From Hyaloraphidium curvatum SAG 235-1 (Eukaryota; Fungi; Monoblepharomycota), in contig JAIVFI010000038.1 in assembly GCA_025558095.1 (NCBI GenBank), positions 1 through 64,000 of the forward strand: DNA of 64,000 nt, in the 5' to 3' direction. Of the stretch, positions 22,225 through 33,301 are shown one piece after another (the first letter of the stretch is position 1; each line of letters begins with the position of its first letter). The notes under the pieces are model-generated. The model saw only the letters and a list, made by a program, of their open reading frames with translations. It made no database searches and was not told where the DNA came from. Position numbers and translations under genes: made by a program.

Positions 22225-23574
22225 TCACTTGTCCTTCTTGCGATCCGCCGCCGGGGCCGCGACATCCGGCAGATCGACGTCCACGCGGCGCAGCGGGGCG
22301 TACATGAGCCCCGCGAGCCCGAGCGCGGCGTTTCCCAGCCCGAGGATCACAAACAGCAGCGCGACCCCGCGGCCCTTGCCAGTCCCGAGGAGCGGGCCGA
22401 GGTACGACGCCAGACCGCCCTTGGGCGCCAGCATCGGCTCGAACACCCGGTCCGCCAGCGGCCCCGCGATTATCGAGGCCATCGGGAGCGCGAACTGCCC
22501 CACCATGCGCTGCGTGCTGAAGATCCGGCCCTGCATGTCGAGCGGGGTCTTGGCCTGCCATATGGCCTCGCGGTTGGCCCGCATCATGGGCAGGAAGAAC
22601 ATGTAGAAGAAGGCGAGGCTGAGGACCCATGTGGTGTTGGGGTACACGCCGATCAGGGCCAGCGTCAGGCCTTGCAGCGAGAAGATGGCCAGCACGGCAA
22701 ACACGCGGCGCTTGGGGCCGCCCCAGAGGGTCACGAGGCCGCTCCCGAACATGGCGCCCGTGCCAGACACCGTGAGCACGCTGCCCAGGATGGTCGGGCT
22801 GGAGAAACTGAGCACGAGAGGGGTCATGAGCACCTGCACAACGCCCGACGTGAACTGCCCCAGGAGGAGGTACGCCAGCAGCGCGGCCAGGCCCGGGCGC
22901 TCGCGGATGAAATCGTAGTGCTCGCGGATGTCGCGCAGCACCGACGGGCTCTGGTCCGAGCCGTGGGCAGGCGGCGAGGGGAGCGCGGCGAGCGAGGTGA
23001 CGAGGACCGCCGCGGCGCAGGAGCCAAACTCTAGCAGGAACACGGTCCGCAGCGACGGATCGTAGGAAACCAGGGCACCCGCGGCCAAGGGGGCGAACAG
23101 CATCGACAGCGCCGGCCCCACTTGGTTCAGGCCGGCGTACCTGCCGATCTGGCCGGGCGGCGCGAGCAGCGACACGGTCGCTGTGAAGGCCGGCCACTGG
23201 AACGCGTTCAGCACGCTGCCCAGCGCGTTGGCCACGTAGACGACGGGCAGCGTCAGGCCGTGATGAAGAAACACGTAGAACTGCCCCAGATTGACCAGCG
23301 CCGAGCCCACGTCCGCGAGCACCATGAGCCGCTTGCGGTCGTACCGGTCCACCACGACGCCGGCGAGCGGCGCGAGCAGCAGCGACGGCAGCTCGGAAAA
23401 CAGCGTGATCAGCGCGAACTGGCTGACGGAGCCGGTCGCCTGGTAGGTGTGCACGCGCAGCGCGAAGTTGGCAATGTCCGACGCGAGGAGCGAGACGAGC
23501 TGGCTCGCCCACAGCAGCGCGAACGCCGTGCCGCTGCCGCCGCCGGGCGGCACATCTCCTTGCGCCTTTTTCAT
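22225..23574 (-). CDS. MFS transporter, bacterial DHA3/MefA-like efflux type (intronless)
   Basis: About 12 TM helices; motif A GVVVDRYDRKRLM; WGGPKRRV; WQAKTPLDMQGRIFS; GPLADRVFEP...GTGKGRG. Confidence 0.9.
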   Translation of the reverse strand: MKKAQGDVPPGGGSGTAFALLWASQLVSLLASDIANFALRVHTYQATGSVSQFALITLFSELPSLLLAPLAGVVVDRYDRKRLMVLADVGSALVNLGQFYVFLHHGLTLPVVYVANALGSVLNAFQWPAFTATVSLLAPPGQIGRYAGLNQVGPALSMLFAPLAAGALVSYDPSLRTVFLLEFGSCAAAVLVTSLAALPSPPAHGSDQSPSVLRDIREHYDFIRERPGLAALLAYLLLGQFTSGVVQVLMTPLVLSFSSPTILGSVLTVSGTGAMFGSGLVTLWGGPKRRVFAVLAIFSLQGLTLALIGVYPNTTWVLSLAFFYMFFLPMMRANREAIWQAKTPLDMQGRIFSTQRMVGQFALPMASIIAGPLADRVFEPMLAPKGGLASYLGPLLGTGKGRGVALLFVILGLGNAALGLAGLMYAPLRRVDVDLPDVAAPAADRKKDK

Positions 23575-23721
23575 GTCCCAATGCGGCCGGACGAGGGCGG
23601 CTTCGGCGCGATTCGACGCGGTTCAAAGGCCCAAACAAAGGACGGAGGTGGCGACCGACGGCGCGATCCGCCTCGGCTTGCTACTCTCTGAGCCCGCTGA
23701 ATCAACCAAGAAGTCATCTAT

Positions 23722-24905
23722 CTACTCATAAAGATTAAAGACAGTCCAATCCAGACCTCGCCAGGAGAAGGACGACTTCCTGAGGCATACCCTGACCCCC
23801 ATGGCCCGTAGCGGCGCGAACTCCTCCACGGCCGACGACTCGACATAGGCCATCTCTTCCTCATCGCAGACGAGAAAGACGACCACGGAGCCGGGAAACC
23901 CCGATCGGAAGATCGACGACACGGCGTCCGCAAAGCCCGGGGGCAGGCTGTGCTCGTACAGCCAGAAGCCCAGCTTCCCCAACCACGGCGGGAGCTCCCC
24001 GAGCCCGGCCAGCCATCCGCCCCCAAAGTCCAGGGCTTGTACCACGAGGTGGAGCTCTTCCAAGCGCGGCAGGGTCCGCAGGCTCGGGCCGAAGCCCCCG
24101 AGGCCGAGTCCGTCGGCCACTTTGAGCAGGAGCCTGCGCAGGTTGGCAAAGGGGAGGACGCAGGTGCCCGATCCGTCGACCTCGTTGACGTCCGCGAGCT
24201 GCAGGGTGCTCAACGTGTCCCTGGCGCGCTGCGGCCAGAGATGGACGTGGTCGCCGCCCGTGAACGTGTCGAGCAGGGGGCTCCATTCCTCCAGGCCGGG
24301 AAAGCGGTCGAGGAACCCGAACAGATGGCTCATGTAGCGGGTCGAAAGCACGGCGACGTCGACCCTTCTGATCGACGCAGGCATGGCGCGCGGCGCGGCC
24401 GCGATCTGCAGCAGGTTGCGGCACCGGAGATCGACACCCAGATGCCAGAGCTTCGGCAGCTGCAGCGTCGACAGCGCATCGAGCACGTTCTGGGCCCACT
24501 GCGTGTTTGCGGGCGACGTCTGCAGCGAGGAAAGCAGGAACACGCGCTCAAGGCCCGCCGTCCGCTCCAGGACCGCCCGCACGGCATCGCTGGTCATGTA
24601 ATCGTCGACTGCCGTTCGACGTGCCCAAACTTGGACGCGTCGGCGTCGGGGCCGCAGAACGCGAGCCGCCGCCGGCGGCCATCGGGGCCGAAGAAGATGC
24701 GCGCGGAGAGATCCATGTGGCGGAACAGCACCGCCAGTCCGACGCCGTAGAACAGACGGGATGCGGTCATCATGGTGGCGAGGGTTCCGAGGCGACCGCT
24801 CGCGCTGAGGGCCTCCATCACCGCGGTCAGCGGTTCGGAAGGCAGGCGCGTCGCATCGGCCTCCGCCGACGGCGGCGGCTCCGCGAGGGCGACTGACTCG
24901 AGCAT
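23722..24905 (-). pseudogene. F-box-like / LRR-like protein with an apparent frameshift
   Basis: RLPSEPLTAVMEAL...LATMMTASRLFYGVGLAVLFRHMDL (F-box-like) is in one frame and the LRR-like LPKLWHL, FPGLEEW, FANLRRLLL, LPRLEELHL in another. The frames switch at ~24610-24620 with no convincing intron. Confidence 0.55.
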
Positions 24906-25654
24906 CGCGGAACGAAGCTCGCCTGCAGCGACGGTTCCGGCGATTTCCTGCCCCACGAAGCGGGAAAGGTCGCGATGCTTGGCAACCGGGCGACGAGGAC
25001 GATCGGGGCTTTCGCGGGCGATCACCGGTGGCGGTCTGGCGTGGTCTACTGCGGACGTGCGCGGCCTTCGCGGCGTGATCAACAGTTGCTAATGTATTGC
25101 ATGATGCTGCCGTCACCCCTTCCCTCCCGCTGCTGCGCTCTGATGGCCGCGATCGGCAGCGGCCCGTCTCCCACGATTAGGCTTCGCACGGGCACGGCCG
25201 GCCGTTCCGTGGAAGCACCCGCCCTTCCATAGAAGCGCACAGCAATGCCTGAATGACGTCAGTGGCGACGCTCCCTCCATCCATCCACTCTACCTGCCGC
25301 CGTCGTCGCCGCCGCCTCGCGCCAGCCCCGCCTCAAGCACTTTACTCACCGCGCCGCCGCCTTCCTCCTCATGATCCCTCTCGGCAACGGCCCTTTCGGC
25401 GGGCCTACTAACGGTTTTGGCCCTCCTGCGGGGAACCCGCCTCCTCAGGTGAGCTTTTTTCGGTTCTGCGGCGCGGTGTCAAGGCTGGCGCGTGGTGGCT
25501 TCGACGACTGCGGTACGGTACGAGCGTGCACCTCGCCCTTCTGCCTGTTGGCATCCAGCGGCGGCGGCGAGGCCGGCTGCCCGTCGTCCCACGTGCGGGG
25601 GGATCGGCACGACTTGCACTCGCACCATGCGAAGTGCCTACTAGATCGGGGAGC

Positions 25655-26110
25655 TACGTCTGCTCGCAGGCCTGGTTCCGCAAGCAGCGCTGGACCGAGC
25701 TCGGCATCCCCACCCTGCAGGCGTTCCTGGACAACGTCGTCATCGCGCTGTTCAGGAGCAGGGACGCCAACAACCTGCTGCTGCAGCTGCACTCGTGGCA
25801 GGCGAGCGACGTCGCCGCGGGGGGCTTCCTCGAGGAGGCGCTGGAGAAGATCAAGGCGAGGTGACTGATCATGCCATGCGACACGGGCATGTACTTCCCG
25901 CCCGAGGACTGCTTCATCGTGGGTCTCCCCTCAGACACCCCTCTCTCGCGCGCTAACCGGGTGGGGCGCAGGAGGAAGCCCTCGTCGGCGACAAGGCCAG
26001 GGCGCGGTGCCTACCCATCGTCAGCGAGTGGGGGCACATGGCCGCCAGCAGCTTCTCGGCGGGGACGCGCCGTGGATCTCGGCAAGATCGGGGCGTTCCT
26101 GTTCGAGAGG
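25655..26110 (+). pseudogene. Relic C-terminal half of a homoserine O-acetyltransferase-like alpha/beta hydrolase
   Basis: SQAWFR...DANNLLLQLHSWQASD...ALEKIKAR*LIMPCDTGMYFPPED|EEAL...SEWGHMAA. In-frame TGA at 25862-25864, catalytic Asp position is Gly, no GxSxG half, retained intron ~25919-25970. Confidence 0.65.
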
Positions 26111-26271
26111 GCGGAGCCGGGGAGGCGATCCGAAAGGGGCAAGCCCGGGCCGGGGCCGGCTTTCCTGCGTTCCATCTTCGAGTTGTGCAACATGGTGTTC
26201 GAAGTAGATCCCTTCGGTCCCCTGCTCTACCTGCCCGAAGACCCGCGTCCCCATCGCCCCTTCGCAGAGGC

Positions 26272-27297
26272 CTAGAACGTGACGCCGCCCGCCTCGTCCC
26301 TTGTCTTCGTCTCTGACGGTGTCTTGCTTTTGACATCCGTTGAACCGTCCGCCTTCACCCTGAAGTACTTGAGCGTCGTAGCGGATCTCGCTGTGCGGCC
26401 GTTGAGGTACAGCTTTAGCTTGGTCTTACTGTTGCCAAGGCCGCCGAACAAGGCGATGGGGAACTCGGTTGTGTTGCCCGAGGCCTCGAGGACCTGGGAG
26501 ATCTCGAGGTGCTGGCTGTCGACGCGCGAGGGCTGGATGGCGAAGCCGCCGAGCTGGATGCGCGAGGCCGTCACGACGTGCGCCTGCACCTTGGGCACGT
26601 GGATCTCGCTGATCCGGCCGTCTGGAGGGCGGATCAGGCAAGGGGACGGGACCCCCGGGCGCACCGGGGCTCACTGGTGTCGTGGGCGATGGATAGGCGT
26701 TCGTCTTCGAGGCCCTTTACGCGCGTGAGGAGGGCCTCCACCTGCTCCTCGAGCTTCCTGATCTGTGTCGGATGATCGTCACGCGACGTCCGTCCGGGGC
26801 GCGATCGGGCGCACCTGCTCCTTCTGCTGCTGCACGAGCTTGACAGTCTCGACGAGGGCGGCCTCGTCTTCGGGCCCGATGACCCCGTTCGGCGCGGGAG
26901 GCTCGCCGTTGGCCGCGGGCACCGGGGCCTGCCGACCGGCGGGGGCAGCCTGCTGCTGTGCTTGCTGCTGCGCCTGCTGCTGGGCCTGGTGCTGGCTTTG
27001 CTGGGCAGATGCATCGGCCGAGGCGGCGGCGCTGGCGGCGTTGGTCGCCTTGTTGTCGAGCGCCGCCTTGTTGCTGGCCGCTTGGTCGGAGACCTGCGAC
27101 TGCTTGCCCGACACCTCCGCATCCTGCTTGCCCTCGAGTTTGGCATCCTGCCTGGCGTCGACGGCGACGTTGGCCTTGCCCACTTCCTGGATGACGTTGT
27201 GGTTGTGCACGTTGACCGTCACGGGTCCGCCGTCACTGCGTCCGCTTCCGCCGGATCCACCGCCGGCGAGCGCGCCCGCGATCATGCCCAAGACCAT
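26272..27297 (-). CDS. Hypothetical protein: Gly/Gln/Ala low-complexity N-terminus, coiled coil, beta-rich C-terminal domain
   Basis: ORFs 26779-27354, 26634-27146 and 26272-26664 join through GT-AG introns (~26764-26815, ~26622-26674); probable 5'UTR intron ending ~27303. Confidence 0.65.
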
Positions 27298-27461
27298 GGT
27301 TCCTGTTTCGGCTCCGCGGGCGTCGGCGCGGCGCGCGGCGGGGCCCGGCTTCAATGCTCACCTCGGCAGTCCCACGCGCGAGATGAAGAAATGAGGCGCT
27401 AATCCCCCTCTCCGCGATGCTGGGAGACTGTGGCGCCGATGGAAGTTCCTGATGGTTGCCG

Positions 27462-27516
27462 TGACTGACTAGTTTCGCGTTTGACTGATTTCGCGTTTGA
27501 CTGACTGATTTCGTGA
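27462..27516. promoter_or_regulatory. Tandem array of SCB/E2F-like (CRCGAAA) boxes interleaved with TGACTGA
   Basis: TTTCGCGT at 27473 and 27489, TTTCGTG at 27509, separated by TGACTGA units, just upstream of the minus-strand gene 26272-27297. Confidence 0.45.
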
Positions 27517-28299
27517 GGCTCGGAGCACGGCCGCCTGCGGCACGAATCCCGCCTGGCACGCCCGAATCTCGCTGGATTCGGGTGCGATGGGAGCACATCT
27601 TCGGTTCCGGAGCGGTTGTACATGGCCCACGCCGTCTGTGATGTCGATATTTGTAGAGTTCATCGTGCGCTACCACGGAAACCAGTTTGGGCCAAAACTC
27701 AGGCACTCGACACTCGCACACCGGCCATTTGTACACTAGTAGGTAAAGGGGGTGGAGCTCGATCTTGACCTCCTCTGCGGACGGCGAGCGCGCATCAGCT
27801 TCACCTTTTTCGCCCAACCGGCACCGCACGGATGAGCGACATTGCACAGCCGGTGGTGCCAGGCCGGGACATACCCGTAACCCAGGGCATCGCCGACGCC
27901 CGTGCAGCATCACGCCAACCACCGAACCAAAGCACCATCTTGCCCCCCCCCCCCCCCCCCCTGGCTCCACCGGCCTCCCCAGCTGCATCACCTGCCTCCA
28001 CCACCCCCTCTTGACCTCCATCTGCAAACGTATACTACGTTCGTATCCAGACCTGCGGACACAGAGAGAGTATCCCTTAGATCCGCATAGACCGCCATCA
28101 GACCCCCGACATTGCCCCGCGGATCCCAGCCTGGCGGCCCCGCCGTTCCCCGGGCGGTGGCCCGCCCGTGCTGTTGCATGGTGGAGAATCCTAGATCGAA
28201 CCGCCGGGAGCCTCTGCCAAGCATGAGACGTGTCTGACCCGAGCGGGGACCGGGATCGACGCTGCTCTCCCTGACGCCGCCCATGCCCTCCTGCCATGA

Positions 28300-29089
28300 G
28301 CCCTCCCCGGATAGAACACCGCCCCCGTCTCCGGCACCGCCAGCGGCTTCCCCGCCCGCTCCGCGATCCCGCTCGCGCTCCACAAGGGATACCCGGGCCC
28401 GCACAGGTCCTCGCCCGTGATCAGGGCGCGCGCGAGGCCGGGCCGGGGGACCGAGTTGTTGCCCGGGGTCAGCGGGGGGGAAAGGGGATGGAGAAGCGGT
28501 ACACGTAGAGGGCGATCCAGTCGACGTGGGCGTCGCCGGGGTAGTACGGCATGTAGCTGGCGGGGGGAGCGTGTCGGTTCCGCCGCCATGCAGGCCCGCG
28601 CGGAAAGCAGGCAAGCTACTCACGGATCGGACTCCCCGTCGATCCTCCCGTCGCCGTTTGTATCCAGCGCCAGCTTCTCCCTGTCCCCCGCTGGCACCGG
28701 GTACCAGTTGTCGTCCTTGGCGCCGACCCACGGGTACCCGCAGTTGCCCCCGTTGGGCGCCCAAAGGTCATGTTGGTCCTCGTGTGCACGAGGCGGTGCA
28801 GCTCCCTGAACGCGCGCACGTACGCGAGCGGCAGCTGGCCGTACGGATGCCACGGCCCGTTCATCTCGTGCGCGAAGCGGACGATGCAGCCTACCCCGAG
28901 GCGGTTGATCCGCTCGAGCTGGTCCGCGAGGGCCTCCAGGGTGCCCTCGGGGACGTTGTCCATCGTCACGTTGGGCAGGACCGTGACCATGAGCAGCGAC
29001 GGGTCGCCGCCCTCCGCCCTGGCCTGGGCGAGGAGCACCTTGGGGTACCAGTCCAGCCCGCCGAAACAGAAGGCGTCCACTATAGTCAA
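28300..29089 (-). pseudogene. Glycoside hydrolase family 26-like gene, truncated and frameshifted
   Basis: VRFAHEMNGPWHPYGQ (acid/base Glu), WAPN, YYPGDAHVDWIALYVY, KPLAVPETGA (nucleophile). Frame breaks at ~28765 and ~28465; no start or signal exon. Confidence 0.75.
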
Positions 29090-29094
29090 CGCGA

Positions 29095-29294
29095 CAAGAG
29101 CCGAGACGGAGATCTATGCAGCGGATCGAGCACATAATCTACCAGAACGTAAAGTTCAGATCCAGCGCCATGAAGTGCTTCTCCGAGAACGCGCGTCAAG
29201 AGCCGAGACGGAGTTCTATGCAGCGGATCGAGCACATAATCTACCAGAACGTAAAGTTCAGATCCAGCGCCTTGAAGTGCTTCTCCGAGAACGC
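29095..29294. repeat. Near-perfect direct duplication, period 102 bp
   Basis: CAAGAGCCGAGACGGAG...CTTCTCCGAGAACGC at 29095-29192 and 29197-29294; two substitutions seen. Confidence 0.95.
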
Positions 29295-30130
29295 CCCCCC
29301 CGTCGGCTCCACCGGCCCCGTTGGCACGTTCAGCCCCGCCGCCTTGGCGTCCGCCGCCAGCTGGCTCGCGGCGGACTGCGTGTCCGCCTGGGCCTTCTGC
29401 GCCGCGGCGACGGCGGATGCGGTCGCTGCGCCGGCGGCGTCGAGGGTGGCGCCGCCGGGGGCGTCCTTGCCCTTGACCTCCGTGATCGAGTTGATGATGA
29501 TCAGGCCGTCGCCCTCGTAGGTGGTGCCCGTGGTCTTGACCAGGGTCATGGTCACGGGGAGGACCTTGATCTGTTCGAGGGATAGGGTGACCAGGCCTGG
29601 ACGGCAAGTCGATCAGCTTCGGTCCTTTTGCTCCCAGATCGGGAGCCACCCACCGACGTAATCATCCTTGGGCGCCCCGATGTCCTTGTCCAGCACCTCG
29701 ATCAGGAACTGGCTCTTGTTCTCGCCGCCCGTCAGCCGCGCCTTGTTGAGCGCGATCACGGGGAAGTCCGGGTTCTGGTTCCGGTTGATGGGCTCCGTGA
29801 TGTACTGCTGCACCCAGCCGTTGCCCGTGGCCGATTTTTTGGACGAGATGCGGAGGTACGGGTCGATGGTGCCTGGCGGAGGGAGTCAGGCGAGACAACG
29901 ACGGGGCACGCCGGTCCCACCGATGATGTCGAGCTTGGGCAGGTTCCGCAGCGAAATCGAGAGCAGAATGACGTCGTCCTCGTCCGTGAAGCCCCCCGAA
30001 CCGGCGAGATTCAGCTCGGCGTTGGTGTGGCCGCCCGTGATCCTGGATCACCGTCAGCGTCCGGCGCCGAGGAAGGAGCACGGGCAGCGACACACGAGGC
30101 AAGGATCTTGGAAGTGTTGCTGGACGACAT
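29241..30130 (-). CDS. C2-domain (copine C2-like) protein with Ala-rich tail
   Basis: Spliced (3 introns): MSSSNTSKILAS/ITGG...LSISLRNLPKLDII/GTIDPYLRIS...TEPINRNQNPDF...IEVLDKD...DDYVG/LVTLSL; Asp-containing Ca2+-binding loops. Confidence 0.78.
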
Positions 30131-30892
30131 TTCGAGCAATTCGGGCTGGCGAGGAGGACCTGACAACGGCGGAGCGGGGCGAGGCCCAACGAAGAGGTGT
30201 AAACAGCGGTCTTCGACGACGGCTCCGCCAGTCCGACACCAGAAAACGACTCGAGGCAGCGAACACCGTCCCGAGATCAAGGCCAGCGCCGCACAAGCGC
30301 GTCCTTCGCCGCGATGCGCTTCTCCTTGGCGGTCAAGCGCGGTCCCAGAAGCAGCAGGCCTTCGGGCGACCTGCCGAGGCCGACCGGGCCCTCCATTCCG
30401 GCCCAGGTTCCACTTTCGCGCGTCCCAAGCATCGAGAGGTCCGATGACAATGCCAACCTTTGGTCGGAGTGGAGATCCGGGTGGCGCGATTGGCAAGTGG
30501 TTCGCTCGCTTTCAGGGACAGTGAGCCCTGTCCGACCCCTCCGACGGCAAACCGACTAAGTGAACTTATCCATCCAACGGCAACCTCAAGATGGATGGTG
30601 CTCAATTCACATGTCAGAATATTTCAGCTCGTGTTTGGAAGACCTGGTCCTGGGCACGTGAAGGCTGCCTAATGACGCAAGTACGAGCGTCCGATGGCAG
30701 AGGCTCCCCGCGGAAGATCCTTCTCCCCTAGAAAAGTAGTTCATCTTTTCATCTTTCTTTTTCTGGCGGTATTCGGGTCGGTCGGCAACCTGTAAAGCTG
30801 GAGATCGTTCGGGGTCCGCCCGTGTTGCCCCGCGGGGTCCCGGCGTCATCGCCAGCAACCCTTCACCCCGGCCTCCCGCGCGCGTGCCGACC

Positions 30893-33055
30893 ATGGCGGC
30901 GCCGCGACCGCTCCTCCGCGTCCTATTTGTGTCTCTGCGGGCGGCGCCTGGGCCCGCGCGGCCCGCGACGCCGCTGTTCGCCCGCGGTGCGCCGCGCCAC
31001 GCGCGCCGCGGCCTCGCGACGGCGGTGCCGCCGCCGGCGCCCGAGAAGAGCTACGACCTCGTCGTGGTCGGCGCGGGCCCGTCCGGCTTCGCGGCGGCCA
31101 TGCGGGCCGCGGACTTTGGCAAGAAGGTGCTGCTCATCGAGCGAGATAAGGTGGGATCTGCGCGGCGATCCGTTGTCCCTCGAGCTGACGTCGGGGCCGC
31201 TTCTGCCTGCCTTACCCTGCTTTTCTGGCCCTGTCTGTGCTATCGAACCCGGGGATCTGCTGTGGAATCGCCTCAATGCCGCGCCGTACACCCCCTGCAC
31301 GACTCTTGCTCGCCCCTGGACCCTGGCTCCATTCACGGCTCGGTTTCGCCCGCGCTCCAGGTCGGCGGCGCGGGAATCCACTCCGGAGCCCTGTCGTCCA
31401 AGACCCTGTGGTCCATCGCCACGGACGCCGCGCGCCTGCGCTCCCTGACGCAGTCCAACAAGGTCGCCATCGAGATGAACACGGCGATCGGGATGACGGA
31501 GCTCGTGGTGGAAGCGCGGCAGGAGCAGATGATGCGGCAGATCCTGGCCATGCGCGACCGCGGCGTGGACTTTGCCCAGGCGGACGCCAAGCTCCTCTCC
31601 AACACCGAGGTCCTCCTGATCCCCCCGACCCCGACCTCGCACTCGGACCCGGACTACAAAACCCGGTCCTACAAACCGTACTCGGTGCGCACCAAGTACA
31701 TCATCCTCGCCACGGGTTCCCGCCCGCGGGTACCCAAGGACATCCCGGTGGACGAGAACCTGATCGCCACGAGCGACGGGATCCACACCAACTGGACCCG
31801 CTGGCCGCAGAGCGCCGTGATCGTCGGCGCGGGCGTGATCGGCTGCGAGTTTGCCACGGTGCTGGCGCTGACGGGGGTGACCAAGGTCAACCTGATCGCG
31901 AACCGGGAGCGGATCCTGCCGTTCGAGGACGAGGACGTGGCGCGGGTCATCGAGAACAACCTGATCGCAAAGGGCGTGACCATCCACCGCAACGCCAAGC
32001 TGGAGAACATGTGCATCGAGGCCGGGCAGCGCGTCAAATGTTCGTGTTTCGGCGCCGGGGATGCCGTCGGATCCGCTGACCATCATTCCCATCCAGACAC
32101 CCTCTCCTTCCCCGACGGCCACACGGAAGTCCACCGCGTGGCCCGCGCCCTCGTCTCCATCGGCCGCGAGCCCAACATCAAATCCCTCAACCTCGCCGCC
32201 GCCGGCATCGAGCTCAACAAGCGCGGGCACATCCGGTGCGACCGCAACACCCAGACCACGGCGCCCAACGTGTTCGCGGTCGGGGATCTGACCGCCGACA
32301 TTTGCCTCGTCAACGTCGGGGAGGTGGAGGGGAGGCACGCGGTCGAGTCGATCTGGGGGAAGGACGGGAAGGGGGGTGTCGATGCCGGGGAGGAGATCGC
32401 CGAGGACGTCTGCTGTAGGTCGTCCGTTTCGCCGCCCCCGCGAGACGTTGCTGACCCACTTTGCCGGCCCAGACGACAACATCTCGACCATCATGTTCCT
32501 CCAGCCCGAGGTTGCCGGCGTGGGGCTGAACGAGCAGGAGTGCCGGCGGCTGCACATCCCGTACCGGGCTTCCGTCTATTCATGTTGGTCCGCCTGCCGC
32601 CTGCCAAAGGCCCCTGCTGACGCAGCTTCACCCCAGATGAGCTCATCGGCCGCGCCCTCGCCATGAGGGGCGAATCGCGGCAGGGCTTCTTCAAGCTCAT
32701 CGTCACCCCAGACGACGAGATGCGCGTCCTCGGCATGCGCGCCATCGGCGAGCATTCCTCCTCGGCCATCCAGGCCGTCTCGCTCATGATCAAGGAGGGC
32801 ATCTCGGCGCGCAAGCTCGCGGACCTGGTGCACCCGCACCCGTCCATCGTCGAGGGGATCCAGGAGTGCGTGCGGATGCTGATCGGCAACTCGATCATGA
32901 AGCCCGCGTGCCACCCCGGGTTGCTGAGCCTGCGCGAGTGGCATCCGACGCCGCAGCAGGCCAAGGAGGAGGTGGCACCCAAGGAGCCCAAGATCCGCGT
33001 GGAGGCGATCGATTCGACTGTGGGGCAGCCGGACAAGGCGGCCGCGGCGGCGTGA
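30893..33055 (+). CDS. Pyridine nucleotide-disulfide oxidoreductase class I family flavoprotein (Lpd/SthA-like) lacking the redox CxxxxC; likely mitochondrial
   Basis: GAGPSG, ATGSRP, GAGVIGCE, GREPN, FAVGD, HPHPSIVE. GGAGIHSGALSSK replaces GGTCxNxGCIPSK. Arg-rich acid-free presequence. Intron 31151-31360 plus three short introns. Confidence 0.88.
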
Positions 33056-33301
33056 GGTGCGGTGCCTGCCGGAGCCGGTGCGGCGCGGTCCTGGGGGACC
33101 AAAAAGCGAGCCTATGCTATCGTTGTTGAGCATTGACTCAGTATGTGCTCGTAATAGATCGCTGGATGGGATGCGACTTTTGTGCGACTGACGCGTCGTC
33201 GTCAATGCGGGGCCGGTCTCCCTTGCCGACTCCCCTGTCTTCAGACCTCGAAGATTCCAGCATCGTTGCCAGAGCTTGGTATGCCACAAATAGAGTTTAG
33301 C

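Noticed and set aside
27943-27961. C19 homopolymer (also G12 at 41087-41098)
   Set aside because: Could form a G-quadruplex, but there is no further evidence of function; simple sequence.
29095-29294. Possible CRISPR or LTR
   Set aside because: Only two adjacent 102-bp copies, no spacers, no internal element; eukaryotic context.
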